This document shows, piece by piece, positions 22,473-34,900 of a stretch of 64,000 nucleotides of DNA. Source of the stretch: Heteronotia binoei (lineage: Eukaryota); assembly GCF_032191835.1 (NCBI RefSeq), contig NC_083237.1, positions 19,654,001 to 19,718,000 on the forward strand. The letters are read 5' to 3'. The position numbers and the translations under genes were made by a program. Positions within the stretch are counted from its first letter, which is position 1. Each line of letters opens with the position of its first letter. The notes below the pieces were generated by a model, which did not search any database, had not been told where the DNA came from, and was given only the letters and a program-made list of their open reading frames with translations.

Positions 22473-24554
22473 ACTGACGGCTCACAGACGGGATGGGGAC
22501 ACCTCGCTGGGGACCGTGTGGAGGCTCTGAGGTGACTCTTTTTGAGCAGTCCTGCTTTTGGCCACCTCCCAGCTGCCCCAGAATGCCCGTCTGTTCACAG
22601 CCCTTGATTAATAATTGGGAAGGCCACCCAATTGCTTCAGGGCCCCAATCCAGCAGAGGAATGTGTGTAACGTAAGCATATGCATCTTCCTCAGTTTGAT
22701 CACTCATCTACTTAGCCTGCTACATATGGGAACATATGAAGATGCCTTATGCTGAAGCAGACCCTCGGTCCATCAAAGTCAGTATGGTCTACTCAGACTG
22801 GCAGCAGCTCTCCAGGGTCTCAAGCTGAGGTTTTCATGCCTATTTCAGTCCAGCTTAAATATATTACATCTAACCATCTGGTGATATCCCAGAAAACAGT
22901 GCGATAGTTGTCCTGACAGTAGCCATTTCAGACAGGTCTTCTGTTTAAAACTTCTTTGCTTTTGCTCTGGTCAGTGAACAGAAGCAGATCGTGAAGAAGT
23001 GTGACCAAAGCAAGCAGCTCTCTGAAGATTAAGCTATGGGGCCTCTGCCACAGTGAAGGTTGGTGCAAATTCAGTTTAGGCCCTGATATCTGGATAGGGA
23101 TGCCAACCTCCAGGTGAGGCTTAGAGATCTCCTGGAAGTGTACCGTATCACCAGCCTTCAAAGTGCTCCAGAGATGCACACTGGAAAGACAAGGCTCTGC
23201 CTTCAATACATGCTTGGAGAACATGACTGTGGGATTATTTCCTACTATTTAAAATCTCAATTTATAGTAGGGTTGCCAAGTCCAATTTAAGAAATATTTG
23301 GGGACTTTGGGGGTGGAGCCAGGAGACATTAGGGGTGGAGCCAAGATCAAGGCTGTGACAAGCATAATTGAACTCCAAAGGGAGTTTTCGCCCTCACATT
23401 TAAAGGGATGGCACACCTATTCAATGCCTTCCTTCCATAGGAAATAATGAAGGATAGGGGGACCTTCTTTTGGGGCTCATAGAATTGGACCCCCTGGTCC
23501 AATCTTTTTGAAGCTTGGGAGGTATTTTGGGAAGAGGCAGTAGATGCTATACTGAAAATATGGTGCCTCTACCTTAAAAAACAGCCCCCCAGAGCCCCAG
23601 ATACTCGCAGATCAATTCTCCATTATTCTCTATGGGAATAAATCTCCCTAGGAAATAATAGAGTTCCCAGCAGACATTTCCCTCCCCTCCCCCCGCTTTC
23701 TGATGACCCTGAAGAGCGGGGAGGGTCTCCAAACCGGGGGATCACCTGCCCCCACCTGGGGATTGGCAACCCTAACTTATAGTGCTGATGCTCTGACAGA
23801 ACGTACTCAAGAAAAATTTACTGTGTTCTGGTTCCAAATAGTGGAATATCTCACCAAACATAAAATTCTCCCCCCAAAAACCTGTTTTTATCATGATATG
23901 CTCTATCTCTAATATGTTCTGGGCTCACTTTCTCTCCTCTGGTCTGAATAAAAAAAAAACTGTGAGCTCTAAATTGAGTTTGATTAACTGGATTTCTTAA
24001 TAGAATATTGGGACAGTTCTTTGTACATTCCTACAGTAGAATCAGTCAATAGAATGTATTGTCACGGGGTGCTCTTCAGTATAACTGTATGACTGCTCCT
24101 TGGTTCTCTATTTTATGGATTACTCTTTCTCTTTCTTGTTTTTTGTAAAAATGTGTTTATTATATCCTCAGCAAGGCTGCATTATTTGAGGTGACAGATT
24201 ACAGTGTTCTTTATTGCAAACTGAAAATGTGTTAATAAAAAATTGATTAATTAAAAAAAAAGTGCTCCAGAGAAAATGGCACCTTTGGACGGTGGACTCT
24301 ATGGCTAGATTCCAGGTGGAATCCCTCCCCACATTCCCCTCTTCCCAGGTTCCCCCCTCATATCTTTAGGAATTTCCCAATTCAGAGCAGGCAACCCTCT
24401 CTTTAGGAGCAAGGGCTGAACAATTTTTTTCCTTTGGTGAGATTTCAAACCACCTAGGGCCACATCTCAGCTGGGCAGAAAGTTGCTACATGCTGGGTTA
24501 CTAAATAGGGAACTTAGAGGGTTGGAACCGACAACCACAGGTTCTCTGCCGCCG

Positions 24555-24669
24555 GTGAGTGCTGGCTGGCCTTATATAGCAGGAACCCTGGAAGGCAACC
24601 AGGCCAGAGACGGGGATCCTCAACAGTTCTTCTTGAAGGAAGCTGAGAGCACACACATATCGGGTGAGT
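24555..24669 (+). promoter_or_regulatory. Predicted promoter and first exon of gene 2
   Basis: GTGAGT at 24555, TATATAG at 24573-24579, donor GG|GTGAGT at 24664; acceptor AG at 27221-27222. Confidence 0.6.
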
Positions 24670-26944
24670 TCAACGCCATCATGTCCCACATCTAAAGAGG
24701 GCAAGAGGACAGTGAGGGTAGAGAAAGAAGCACTTTTCTCCCTTTCCCACTGTAAGAACTCATGGACACCCCATGAAATTGATGAGCAGTAGGCTTCAAA
24801 CAGATCGAAGGAAGTTCTTCTTCACCTAAAGAGCCAGGTGGAATTCACTGCTGCAGGAAGTGGTGGCAGATATGGGCATAGACAGCTTCAAGAGGGGATT
24901 GGATAAAGATATGGAGCAGTGTTCCATCTGTGCCCACAAGGTATAGATGGAATACTTTGTCCAGGGCAGTGATGTCCTTGAGTCTTGGGCGAATTACAAC
25001 TGGCTACAGAGACGAATGCCCCAGGAGCATTTCAAAATGGCACTAAACTCCAAAAGGCTTGAGCCTTTTGAAATCTTACTGGAGACTTTCTGTCCCATTG
25101 TAGTCTTTGGATGCACTGAAAAAAAAATCCTGTGGGTTTTGCAGCTTTTTGCAACTTACAGATGCATCAGAAACACTTTGATATTTTTTCTGAGCTTTTG
25201 TCTTTGGTTGAGCTATGTTGTTGGAACCCCCTATGCTAGAAGAGGATTTGAAGCAGGAATAATCAAGTCGACCTCTTGTTCATTGGGACTCCTTTGATGG
25301 AACTGTGAAACTTTCGGGGAATTGTTATTGCTATTTAGTCTTCTACTGCACATATTGTATGATTTTGTTTCAATACATTCTTAGAGAGCCAGTTTGGAGT
25401 AGTGGTTAAGCGTGCGGACTCTTATCTGGGAGAACCGGGTTTGATTCCCCCCTCCTCCACTTGCAGCTGCTGGAATGGCCTTGGGTCAGCCATGGGCCTT
25501 GCAGAGAAGAAGAATAAGAAGAATTGCAGATTTATACCCCACCCTTCTCCCTGAATCAGAGACTCAGAGTGGCTTACAATCTCCTATATCTTCTCTCCCC
25601 ACAACAGACACCTTGTGAGGTGGGTGGGGCTGAGAGGGCTCTCACAGCAGCTGCCCTTTCAACGACAACTCCTGAGATAGCTACGGCTAACCCAAAGCCA
25701 TGCCAACAAGTGCAGGTGGAGGAGTGGAGAATCAAAGCCGGTTCTTCCAGATAAGAGTCCACCCACTTAACCACTACACCAAACTGGCTCTCCACACCAT
25801 ACTGGCTCTCCTTTGAAAGGGCAGCTTCTAGGAGAGCTCTCTCAGCCCCACCCACCTCACACTGCATCTGTATTGGGGGAGGAAGATAAAGGAGATTGTA
25901 AGGTGCTCTGATATTCAGAGTGAAGGGCAGTGTATAAATACAATATCCAGGGGTCATTTCGTATAAAAAGAGGTGCCAGAGTTCATTACTACAACTCATT
26001 TGAATATGCCAAACATTGACATCACCGGAAGGTGCACTAAATTATATCAGCTTATTAGCCAAATCAAGCTCAGCATCTACCTTAAAATATTTCTTTATAA
26101 TAGCCACAATAAAACCTTACTCCCATCATACTTTCTCAGTTACTTTCTCCTAGGTGGCCACAGTGGCATGATGAAGGTTTCCATCTCTCTGCTTTATCTG
26201 TTTTGGTTCTTCTCCTTTTTTTGTGAAGGAAAAATATTAGAATGTTTGTCAAATCTTAGAGCTCAGCAAAATTCTCACAGGGGGGTTGAACAATGGAGCC
26301 CAGAAGCAAGTATGTTTTTTTGTTGGGAGGGGGTAAGAAAGAGAGAGCACAATGAAATTCAGAGGTTCCTTTTACAGCTTAAGAGCCCCGTGGCGCAGAG
26401 TGGTAAAGCTGCAGTACTGCAGTCTGAACTCTCTGCTCACGACCTGAGTTTGATCTCAGCAGAAGCTGGGTTTTCAGGTAGCTGGCTCAGGTTGACTCAG
26501 CCTTCCATCCTTCTAAGGTCGGTAAAATGAGTACCCAGCTTGCTGGGGGGGGGGGGAAGTGTAGATAACTGGGGAAGGCAATGGCAAACCATCCCGTAAA
26601 AAGTCTGCCATGAAAATGTTGTGAAAGCAATGTCACCCCAGAGTCGGAAACAACTGGTGCTTGCACAGGGGACCTTTCCTTTCCAGCTTAATAGTATAAA
26701 GCTATGCTTTTTTTGACAGTTTGCTATCCTAAGATACGAACATGTTAACAGAACTATAAACGACTATGTTAAGACTCACTTGTAGAGAAAAAAAATTAAC
26801 TTGGAATGCTTTTTAAATGCTCTATATTTTATTGAATGATGCAGATCAGAAATAGCGATATTCTATCTTACTCCCATTTCCTCTTTCCCGTTTCTTTTTT
26901 TCAAAATTGAATAAAAATATTTAAAATCAAAATTTAGAACTTCC

Positions 26945-27143
26945 CAGGGCTTTTCTTTGAGCAGGAATGCACAGGAACGCAGTTCCAGCTGGCCTGGTGT
27001 CAGGGGGTGTGACCTAATTTGCAAATGAGTGCCTGCTGGGCTTTTTCTTCAACCCCCCCCGTGTGAAACAATGGTGACATCAGAGGGTGTGGCCTGATAC
27101 GCAAATGAGTGTCTGCTGGGCTTTTTCTACCAAAAAAGCCCTG
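26945..27143. mobile_element. Octamer-family hAT MITE, unit B allele (2 units, both octamers mutated)
   Basis: Orthologous to 14904; reads tttgcaaat and acgcaaat instead of atgcaaat. Confidence 0.85.
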
Positions 27144-27252
27144 GAGGTTCCGCTCCTGTGAGCTCCTGTCCAAAAGGAGGCCTGCCAATATCATCTTGTG
27201 TCTCCTTCTTCCACCTTTGCAGGCCAGGAGCTCAGCTCCGAAGGTCCCAGCG

Positions 27253-27678
27253 ATGTCTCCCTCTGGCTACACCCTTTGCCTCCTGCTCCTGGTGGCAGCC
27301 GTCTGGCTGTGGCTGCCCTGCTGCGAAGGCAAGCGCTTCCGACGCTTCCTGAGAAAGCACCAGGACTACCCCAAGTCCAACTATGGCGACGACAACAACT
27401 ACTGCAACAACGTGATGCCCCTCAAGGGCATGAGGTGCCGGAGGAGAAACACCTTCATCCATGCCACGCAGCAGCAGCTGAGGTTCATCTGCAGTCCCGA
27501 AGGGCAGATCCAGAATGGTATCACCACCAGCAGGGCCATCTTCTCCATCACCACCTGCAAACGGAAGAGGAGGGGCTGGTTCAGGAGGCAGTGCAGGTAC
27601 AAGGGGAAGAGCAAGACAAGGAAAATCCAGGTCTTATGCAGGAAAGGCCGGCCGGTCCGCTTCCTCTCCCACCTGTAG
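27253..27678 (+). CDS. RNase A superfamily protein 2 (141 aa; cationic, catalytic Lys/His replaced)
   Basis: FLRKHQD, CRRRNTFIH, six Cys, PVRF; 20 amino-acid differences from gene 1. Confidence 0.93.
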   Translation: MSPSGYTLCLLLLVAAVWLWLPCCEGKRFRRFLRKHQDYPKSNYGDDNNYCNNVMPLKGMRCRRRNTFIHATQQQLRFICSPEGQIQNGITTSRAIFSITTCKRKRRGWFRRQCRYKGKSKTRKIQVLCRKGRPVRFLSHL

Positions 27679-27968
27679 CCTCATGAGAAAACGGCCGCTC
27701 CTCCCATCGGGGAAATAAGAGCCCCCCTGGCTTCTCTGGCTCGCCGCTCCATGCCCTTGCATCTCTCACAGCACCCAGAGCTCGTCATAATGCTCTGCAA
27801 ATTCTTACCCATCCCTTCAAATATAAAGCACCAGCTAAGCAGCTGGTGATGTCTCCTCGCCTCTTTGGGACGAAGGCAAAGCACAGTCATGGTGCTCGGC
27901 CACGCCGAAAGGCTCAAGAAGGTGTCTGTCTCGTTTCTGTTTCCCTGATGCTGCTCCCCCCGCTATAC

Positions 27969-27974
27969 AATAAA
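27969..27974 (+). terminator. Polyadenylation signal of gene 2
   Basis: AATAAA in the context conserved with gene 1. Confidence 0.75.
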
Positions 27975-28106
27975 GGCATTTATCATAATGAATGTTGTGT
28001 TGATTCCCTTGCACTGGACCGCCCTGTGGTTTTCTCCAGGAAGATATGGTTTCAGAGATTAGCCGCATTGGTGTCTGCAGCAGAGCAGCTCGATTTGAAG
28101 CCAGGA

Positions 28107-28771
28107 TGTCACTGTGTTGACGGGACCACGGAGGAGAAACTCAGCCACAGCAAAGAAAAAATTCTCTGCGTAAAATACAATACTAGCTTGTTATGAATAA
28201 TAAGTATCACAATACAAAAAGAATATCGCCAGTACACATCATCTGAGTCATTCCAAGTTAAAACCTCATAAGGTCCACAATGCTCCTTTGGGCCTTATGT
28301 GGCTCAAGGCCACTATATTATATTCAGTACAGTGTTTGGGAAAAGGGTCCAATGGAGAACCAGTCTGCTTTGCAAGCCTTTTCAGATCTCAAATCCTTCT
28401 TCTAGGGACCAAGCTTGTGAATATTGTACAGTTTTCTAGGTCCAGTAGTGCTAAAAATATTCAGTCATCAACCGTGTCGGTCCTGAATTCCTAGCTTCCT
28501 CTAATTTTCATGCCTAATAGCGGGAACGCCATAGTGGAATACAATCCTTGTCAGCAATGCAGCAATGCTGACACACTGGGGATGTGTGTGTGGGACGCCT
28601 GCATTGTTGACAAGGATTCTATTTCACTTTGGGATTCCTGCTATTAGGCATTCAAATTAGAGGAAGCTAGGAATTCAGGACCGACACGGTTGATGACTGA
28701 ACATTTTTGGCACTACTGGACCTAAAAAACTGTACAAATTCACAAGATTGGTCCCTAGAAGAAGGATTTGA
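28107..28771. mobile_element. Junction insert B/C (Penelope-like palindrome at 28389-28771)
   Basis: Paralog of 16568-17234. Confidence 0.6.
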
Positions 28772-31700
28772 CCCATCCAGTCCAACACTCTGTGTCACAC
28801 AGTGGCCAAAAACCCCAAGTGCCATCAGGAGGTCCACCAGTGGGGTCAGGACAAGAGAAGTCCTCACACAGCGGCCCCCCACAAGCACCAAGAATACAGA
28901 GCATCACTACCCCAGAAAGTTCCAATGATAAGCTGTGGCTAATAGCCACTGATGGACCTCTGCTCTATATATTTATCCAAATAAAACTTTGTTGGACTTA
29001 AAGGTGCCACTGGAATCACACTTCGTTCTCATGGATTTTGTTTGTCTGATGTAGTGGGATCTAGACTGTATGAAGGAAGGGATAATTTGGACAGAGACTG
29101 GGGGAAATGGAAGGAGTACTCGTTTAGCAGAGTGTTCAACGCAGCAGTGACACGAAGGGTCTCTTTATCTTTGCAAAAACTAAAGTGAGCCCTTTATAGT
29201 TAGAAACTTCATTCTAGACAGGGTAGAGACAGGATTCTAATCTAACTAGGATGGACAGAGATGCAGAAAGTGTGTCTTGCCCTCCCAGGGTCAAGATGGA
29301 GAAAAGTGTGAAGAGAAGGTGTCAGCTGGAAGAAAGGAAGATTCTCTGAGAATAAAAGGTGAGACGTTGAAGGAATAGCAGCAGAGCAGCAGAAAGGAAG
29401 GATGTTTGGGGTCCTGACCTCTCCATCTTGCTGATTCTCTATAGCTCCCTCCCCGAAGTCCATGGCTCAGAGACAGTGCAAAGTTCTTCACTTCCAACAA
29501 AAACACAGTTGTGTGATTCCATGATGTCATTTCCTGGTATCCATATTATTCAATGACCCCCCCCCCCCACTCCCAGTCTTCCCCTCATCACTCCATTGAG
29601 GGTGGGTGGGTGCCAAGCAGTGGGGATGAGAGGTGGCAACCTGGTAAGACTAGCTCCAGGTAATGCAAACTTATGCTGGAATGTAGGTCTGTAGGCAGAC
29701 ACAAAATCCCCATTTAATTTCTTCTGCAAGAGAGGCAAATGCTGCAATGCTAAGGACTTTTTCTGGGAAATTAGGTTGCCAACCTCCTGCTTGGTTCTGG
29801 AGAGCTCTCCAAATTACACCAGATCTCCAGACATCAGTTCCCCTGGAGAAAGTGGCTGCCAGGTCTACTTCAAATGCCCTCCAACGGAGCCCTGAGATTG
29901 CCTTTGCTGGGCATTTTTCAAATCTAAGAGCTTCTGAGGCAAGGGTGCCCAGCTCTGAGTTGGGAGATTCCAGACGATTTAAGGGTGGAGCCCGGGGAGG
30001 GTTCAATTTGGAGAGGAGAGGGACCTCGGCAAGGAATAATGCCACAGAGTCCGCCCTGCTAAGCAGCCATTTCCTCCAGAGGAATCGATCTTTGACATCT
30101 GGAGATCTGTAGTTTGATCTTTGTGATTTTGGTAACTTAAATGAGGATCACACATACTGGACGGGGGATTCACTTCTGGGTAGCGGTGTGTGTGAACGAG
30201 ATCCAAGGTAAGGGTGGACCATAAGTTAAATATGTCAGTGTGATGCAGCAATAAGAAAGGCTAACACTATCTTGGGTGTTTCCAGTGCTTTTTTTGAGCA
30301 GGAACGCACAGGAATGCAGCTCTTGCTGGCTTGACGTCAAGAGGCATGGCCTAATATGCAAATGAGTTTGTGCCAGGCCTTTTCTACAAAAAGCCGTGTG
30401 TGAAACCAGGGTGATGTCAGGGGGTGTGGCTTAATATACAAATGAGTTCCTGCTGGACTTTTTCTACCCAAAAAAAGGCTTGGGTATATGAACAGAGCCA
30501 TAACATCCAAATCGCAAGAGGTCCTTGTCCCAATATACACTGCAGGGGTCAGGATGCACCTGGAGTTCTGGAGGCCTCACTTCAAGAAGGATGTGGACAG
30601 CATGGAGAAAGTGCAGAGGAGAGTAACCAGGATGATCAGGGGCCTGGAGACCAAGCCCTAGGAGAAAAGGCTGAGGGAGTTGGGAATGTTCAGTCTGGAG
30701 AAGAGGAGGTTGAGGGGGGACATGATGGTTCTCTTGAGGTATTTGTAGGGCTTGCTCTTGGAGGAGGGCAGGGAGTTATTCCTGTTGGCAGCAGAGAAGA
30801 AGACTTACAACAATGGGTTCCAACTAAAGGCAGGTAGGTACCAACTGGACATTAGGAAAACCCTTTTTACAGAGTTGTTCTCTGGAATGGTCAGTGGAAT
30901 GGACTAATGAGGGAGGTGGTGAGCCCCCCCCCACTGGCAGTCTTTAAATAGCAGCTGGACAAACCCTTGTCAGGGATGCTCTAGGCTGATCCTAAACTGA
31001 GCAGGGGGCTACACTAGAGGGCCTGTGTGGCCCCTTCTAACTCTGTGAGTCTATGAAATTACTTGTAATTTCGAGAAGTCTCCAGGGCCACCTGGGCGTT
31101 GGCCACCCTCCTGAGTTTGTCTATGCTTTGTAATTGTTGTCATCAAATCACAGTTCACTTACAGTGCCCCCCAGTAGGATTTACTAGGCAAGAGAGGTCT
31201 AGAGGTGGGTTGCTGTGGCCTGCCTTCGTGTCATGACCCTGGTCCATGCTGGAACAAATTCAAGATATTCTTGATGACACACCATTGAAGCCTAAACTTA
31301 GAGAGAAGTGGGCAAAAGATCTAACCAGAGAGGAACCAAACCTTTTGTAACACCTAATTTGGGGAACTCTTTTTGTGTTCCAACTCAGGTTAGTTGGTGG
31401 TTTACATAACCAACAGGAGAAGGTTGTAAAAGGAGGTTTCTGATATTTGTTCAGCAGGCAGGTCAGGAAACGGGAAGGATTAGCCCAGAGTGGGGGTTGT
31501 GACAGGACCTCTGCAGGAAGCTTCCAGTGGAAGCCAGGGCCTGTTGGGGACATCACGGCCAGATGACTCCCAAGTCATAGCCTTCCACATTTAACAGTCT
31601 CAGATTCAGGGCCGGTGCATGGGGGTAGGCAAAATAGGCTGTCGCCTAGGGTTGTGCCAATGAGCTCTGCACCTCTTTTTCCTATGAAATGACCCCTTCA

Positions 31701-31982
31701 CAGGGTGTCTGTTGTGGGGAGAGGAAGGAAAGACAATTGTAAGCTGCTATGAGACTCATTCGGGTAGAGAAAAACAGGGTTTAAAAACTTTTCTGTTCAA
31801 CTGAGAGCAAACTTTTTGCCACATCTTGACTGATAACAGACTGGCACTTTGGGCCGACTCAGAGACGTCTTTGAAATTGGCCCCAAACCCCCCTCCAGAC
31901 ACCAGCATCTGCCCCCCTTTCCTGACCTGTGCTCACCCTGTCCTCTGGGCCAATCCACCCAGCTCAAAAAGCTACCACTGCC

Positions 31983-34900
31983 GAGGGTTGGATAATGGAG
32001 TATTGAACTGCTTCTCACAAGGGGAGCGGACTGGGGCCTCTGTTCTGGGTAGAAAAGGCGATTTCAACGCCTGCTGCCTACTTTTCTCAGAAAGAGATCA
32101 GTCCAAGACATGATTGAAAAATTCTGAGGAGATTTACTTTGGCTGAAGAGGAGTTCCAGAGGGGCTCCTTTGAGGCTTTAAAGAATATGCGGCGATGAAT
32201 TGCATTCCAACATCTACAGAGGACTCCCAGTGTCATTAAATTGACTTAAATTCACCAGCATCCAAAGCTTCTTTGTTCTACTTAACATCTAAATCAACAT
32301 CAGAATGGTGTCTACGTGGGTAACTAATGCTGAAGGTACAGATTCTTAGCTATCATTCTGGGACTAAAATAAGAACTTTATGAAAAAAGTTAAAAGGTGG
32401 AAAGTTAATTATATTATGTCTACATAAAGAAGAAGAGGAGGGGGTGAAACTAATTTTGGTGGCCTCAAGAAGAAGAAAGGAAATTTTTTTTAAAAAGGTG
32501 CAGAAAAATTGCAGGCGCCATTTTGGATTAAATAAAGACTTTAAAAATTAATATCTTGACTTGGGAAGCTTCAGGAACGGCGATTTTGGGCTCATTGCAA
32601 AGGGCAAGTTTTTGTCTTCAAAACCTGATATTCAAAATTTAAATTGGTGAGATCAACTTTTTGAGTTTATTTTCATGTCAGACCATAAGCCAATACGTAC
32701 AAGAGCTGGCTCATTGGAAAAGATGCAGGAGCAATTGGATGCTATGGAAGCAAGAATGATGAAAGGGATGAAAGAGCTAATAACTGCTTGTAAGAAAGAA
32801 ATAAAGAAGGACATTGAATCTTGCACAGAAGCCTTGAAAAAAGAAATTGAGGATCTCAGAAATGATACTCAAGTAACATCAAATAAAGTACAGGAGGTGG
32901 AGGAGAAGGTGAAAGAGCATGATTCCACCTTAAAAAATGCAAGAGAAGGTAGTAATGCATAACTGCAAGTTGATGGAAAACCAGATATGCTTGAGAGGAG
33001 TACCTGAAAATGAACAAAGTGATTTGAAGGAATATATAATAAAAATCATTGCTGAATTTTTAGGTGAGGACCCAGAGGAGTCTTAGCATCTGTATGACTA
33101 TGTGTACAGGGTCAACTCACTTTTTGCTAAGAAGAACAAATTACCAAGAGATGTGGTAATAAGATTTGTGACAAGAGATATGGTGGGAAAGATCATGAGT
33201 AAACACTGAAAAAACATTAATGGTTGATGATAGCAGAATAAGAATCATGAAAGAGTTGCCAAGAAAAGTTACAAATGACAGAAGACTATACAAAAAATTA
33301 ACAGACAAGCTACGGGAGAATGAAACAAGGTATAGATGGATATTACCAGAAGGTTTGAGTTTTGAACACCAAGGAAGAAGGGTTACAATTACAAGCACAC
33401 AAGAACTGCAGAGATGTTTTGAAGAGCACAAAGAATTTGGGGATACAGAATAAATTAAAGAATCATGATGGATTACAAATTAATATCTTGGAATGTAAAT
33501 GGACTAAATTCACCACAAAAAAGGAAGGCAACATTTCATTGGATTAAAAAACAAAATTGTAATATAATTTGTTTACAAGAAGTTCATATCAAACAGAAGG
33601 ATTATAAACTTTTATGGAATAAACAATTGGGATTGGATATTTTTCGTTGGCTAAAGAGAAAAAAAGAGGTGTGCTTTTTTATATTAAGCAAGAACTAAAT
33701 CCAAAATTGATCTTTAAAGATGATGATAGGAGATACATAGCTGTGGAAATAATGGTGAATGATAAAAAAACGTTGCTATTGGGACTATATGCACCAAATG
33801 GAGCAAAAGACTCTTTCTTTAAAGATATTATGCAACAGCTTGACCAAGTGACAAATTATAATAGGAGATTATACTTGGAAGGAAGCAGTCATTTCTTTGA
33901 TTCCAAAAGAAGATAGAGATGTCACAAATGTAAAAAATTATAGACCAATTTCATTGCTAAATAATGACTATAAAATATATACACAGATACTAGCAGAGCG
34001 ACTTAAACAATATTTGATGAATCTTATTAAGGAGGAGCAAGCAGGATTTCTTCCCAGGAGACAAATTAGAGACAATACTAGAACTGTTGTAAATATTGTA
34101 GAGTAATACTAACAACATCCAGAAAAAGAAGTTGCATTATTCTTTGCAGATGCAGACAAAGCTTTTGATAATGTGAACTGGGGCTTTATGTTTGTGGTGA
34201 TGGAGAAATTGAAATTCGGAGAAAACTTTATAAGAATGGTGAAGGCGATATATACGGAACAACATGCAAGACTTTGTATAATGCAGACTTGACAGAGAAT
34301 ATGATAATTAGCAAAGGAACAATTCTCTCTCCATTGTTATTTATAATGACTTCAGAAATTTTGCTGATGCAAATCCAAGAAGATAAAGAAATAGAGGGAT
34401 TGAAATTGAGAGGTTTTTCCTACAAATACAGAGCATTTGCAGATGATGTAATGTTTATAAATGAAAATCCCATAAAGGTAACACCATTGTTACTGCACAA
34501 GATACAAGAATATGGAGAATTGGCGGGATTCTGTATAAATAAAGATAAGTCGAAAATCTTATGTAAAAATATGTTAATAGATAAGCAAAAAGAATTACAA
34601 CATCTAACAGAATGTGAAGTTACTTCTAAAGTAAAATATCTAGGAGTGGAAATTACAATGAAAAATATTGACTTCTATAAAAATAACTATGTAAAATTGA
34701 TGAAGATATGTTAAAATGGAATAAGCTCAATTTATCATTGTTAAGTAGAATAGCCGCAATCAAAATGAATGTTTTGCCAAGAATTATGTATTTGTTTCAA
34801 ACAATTCTGATAGTGAAGGATAATAAACAATTTAATAAATGGCAAAGGAAAATTTCAGAATTTGTATGGGCTGGGAAGAAACCAAGAATCAAAATGAAAA

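Larger units (their letters stand above)
17235..28106 (+). repeat. Segmental duplication unit B (contains RNase gene 2)
   Basis: Colinear with unit A; has a ~490-bp deletion near 18510 relative to A and C. Confidence 0.9.

Noticed and set aside
17235-28106. Unit B as a pure false (haplotype) duplication of unit A
   Set aside because: Genes 1 and 2 differ by 7%, and B has its own deletions and a C-like left part. Read-level checks are still advisable for the ~99% identical block.
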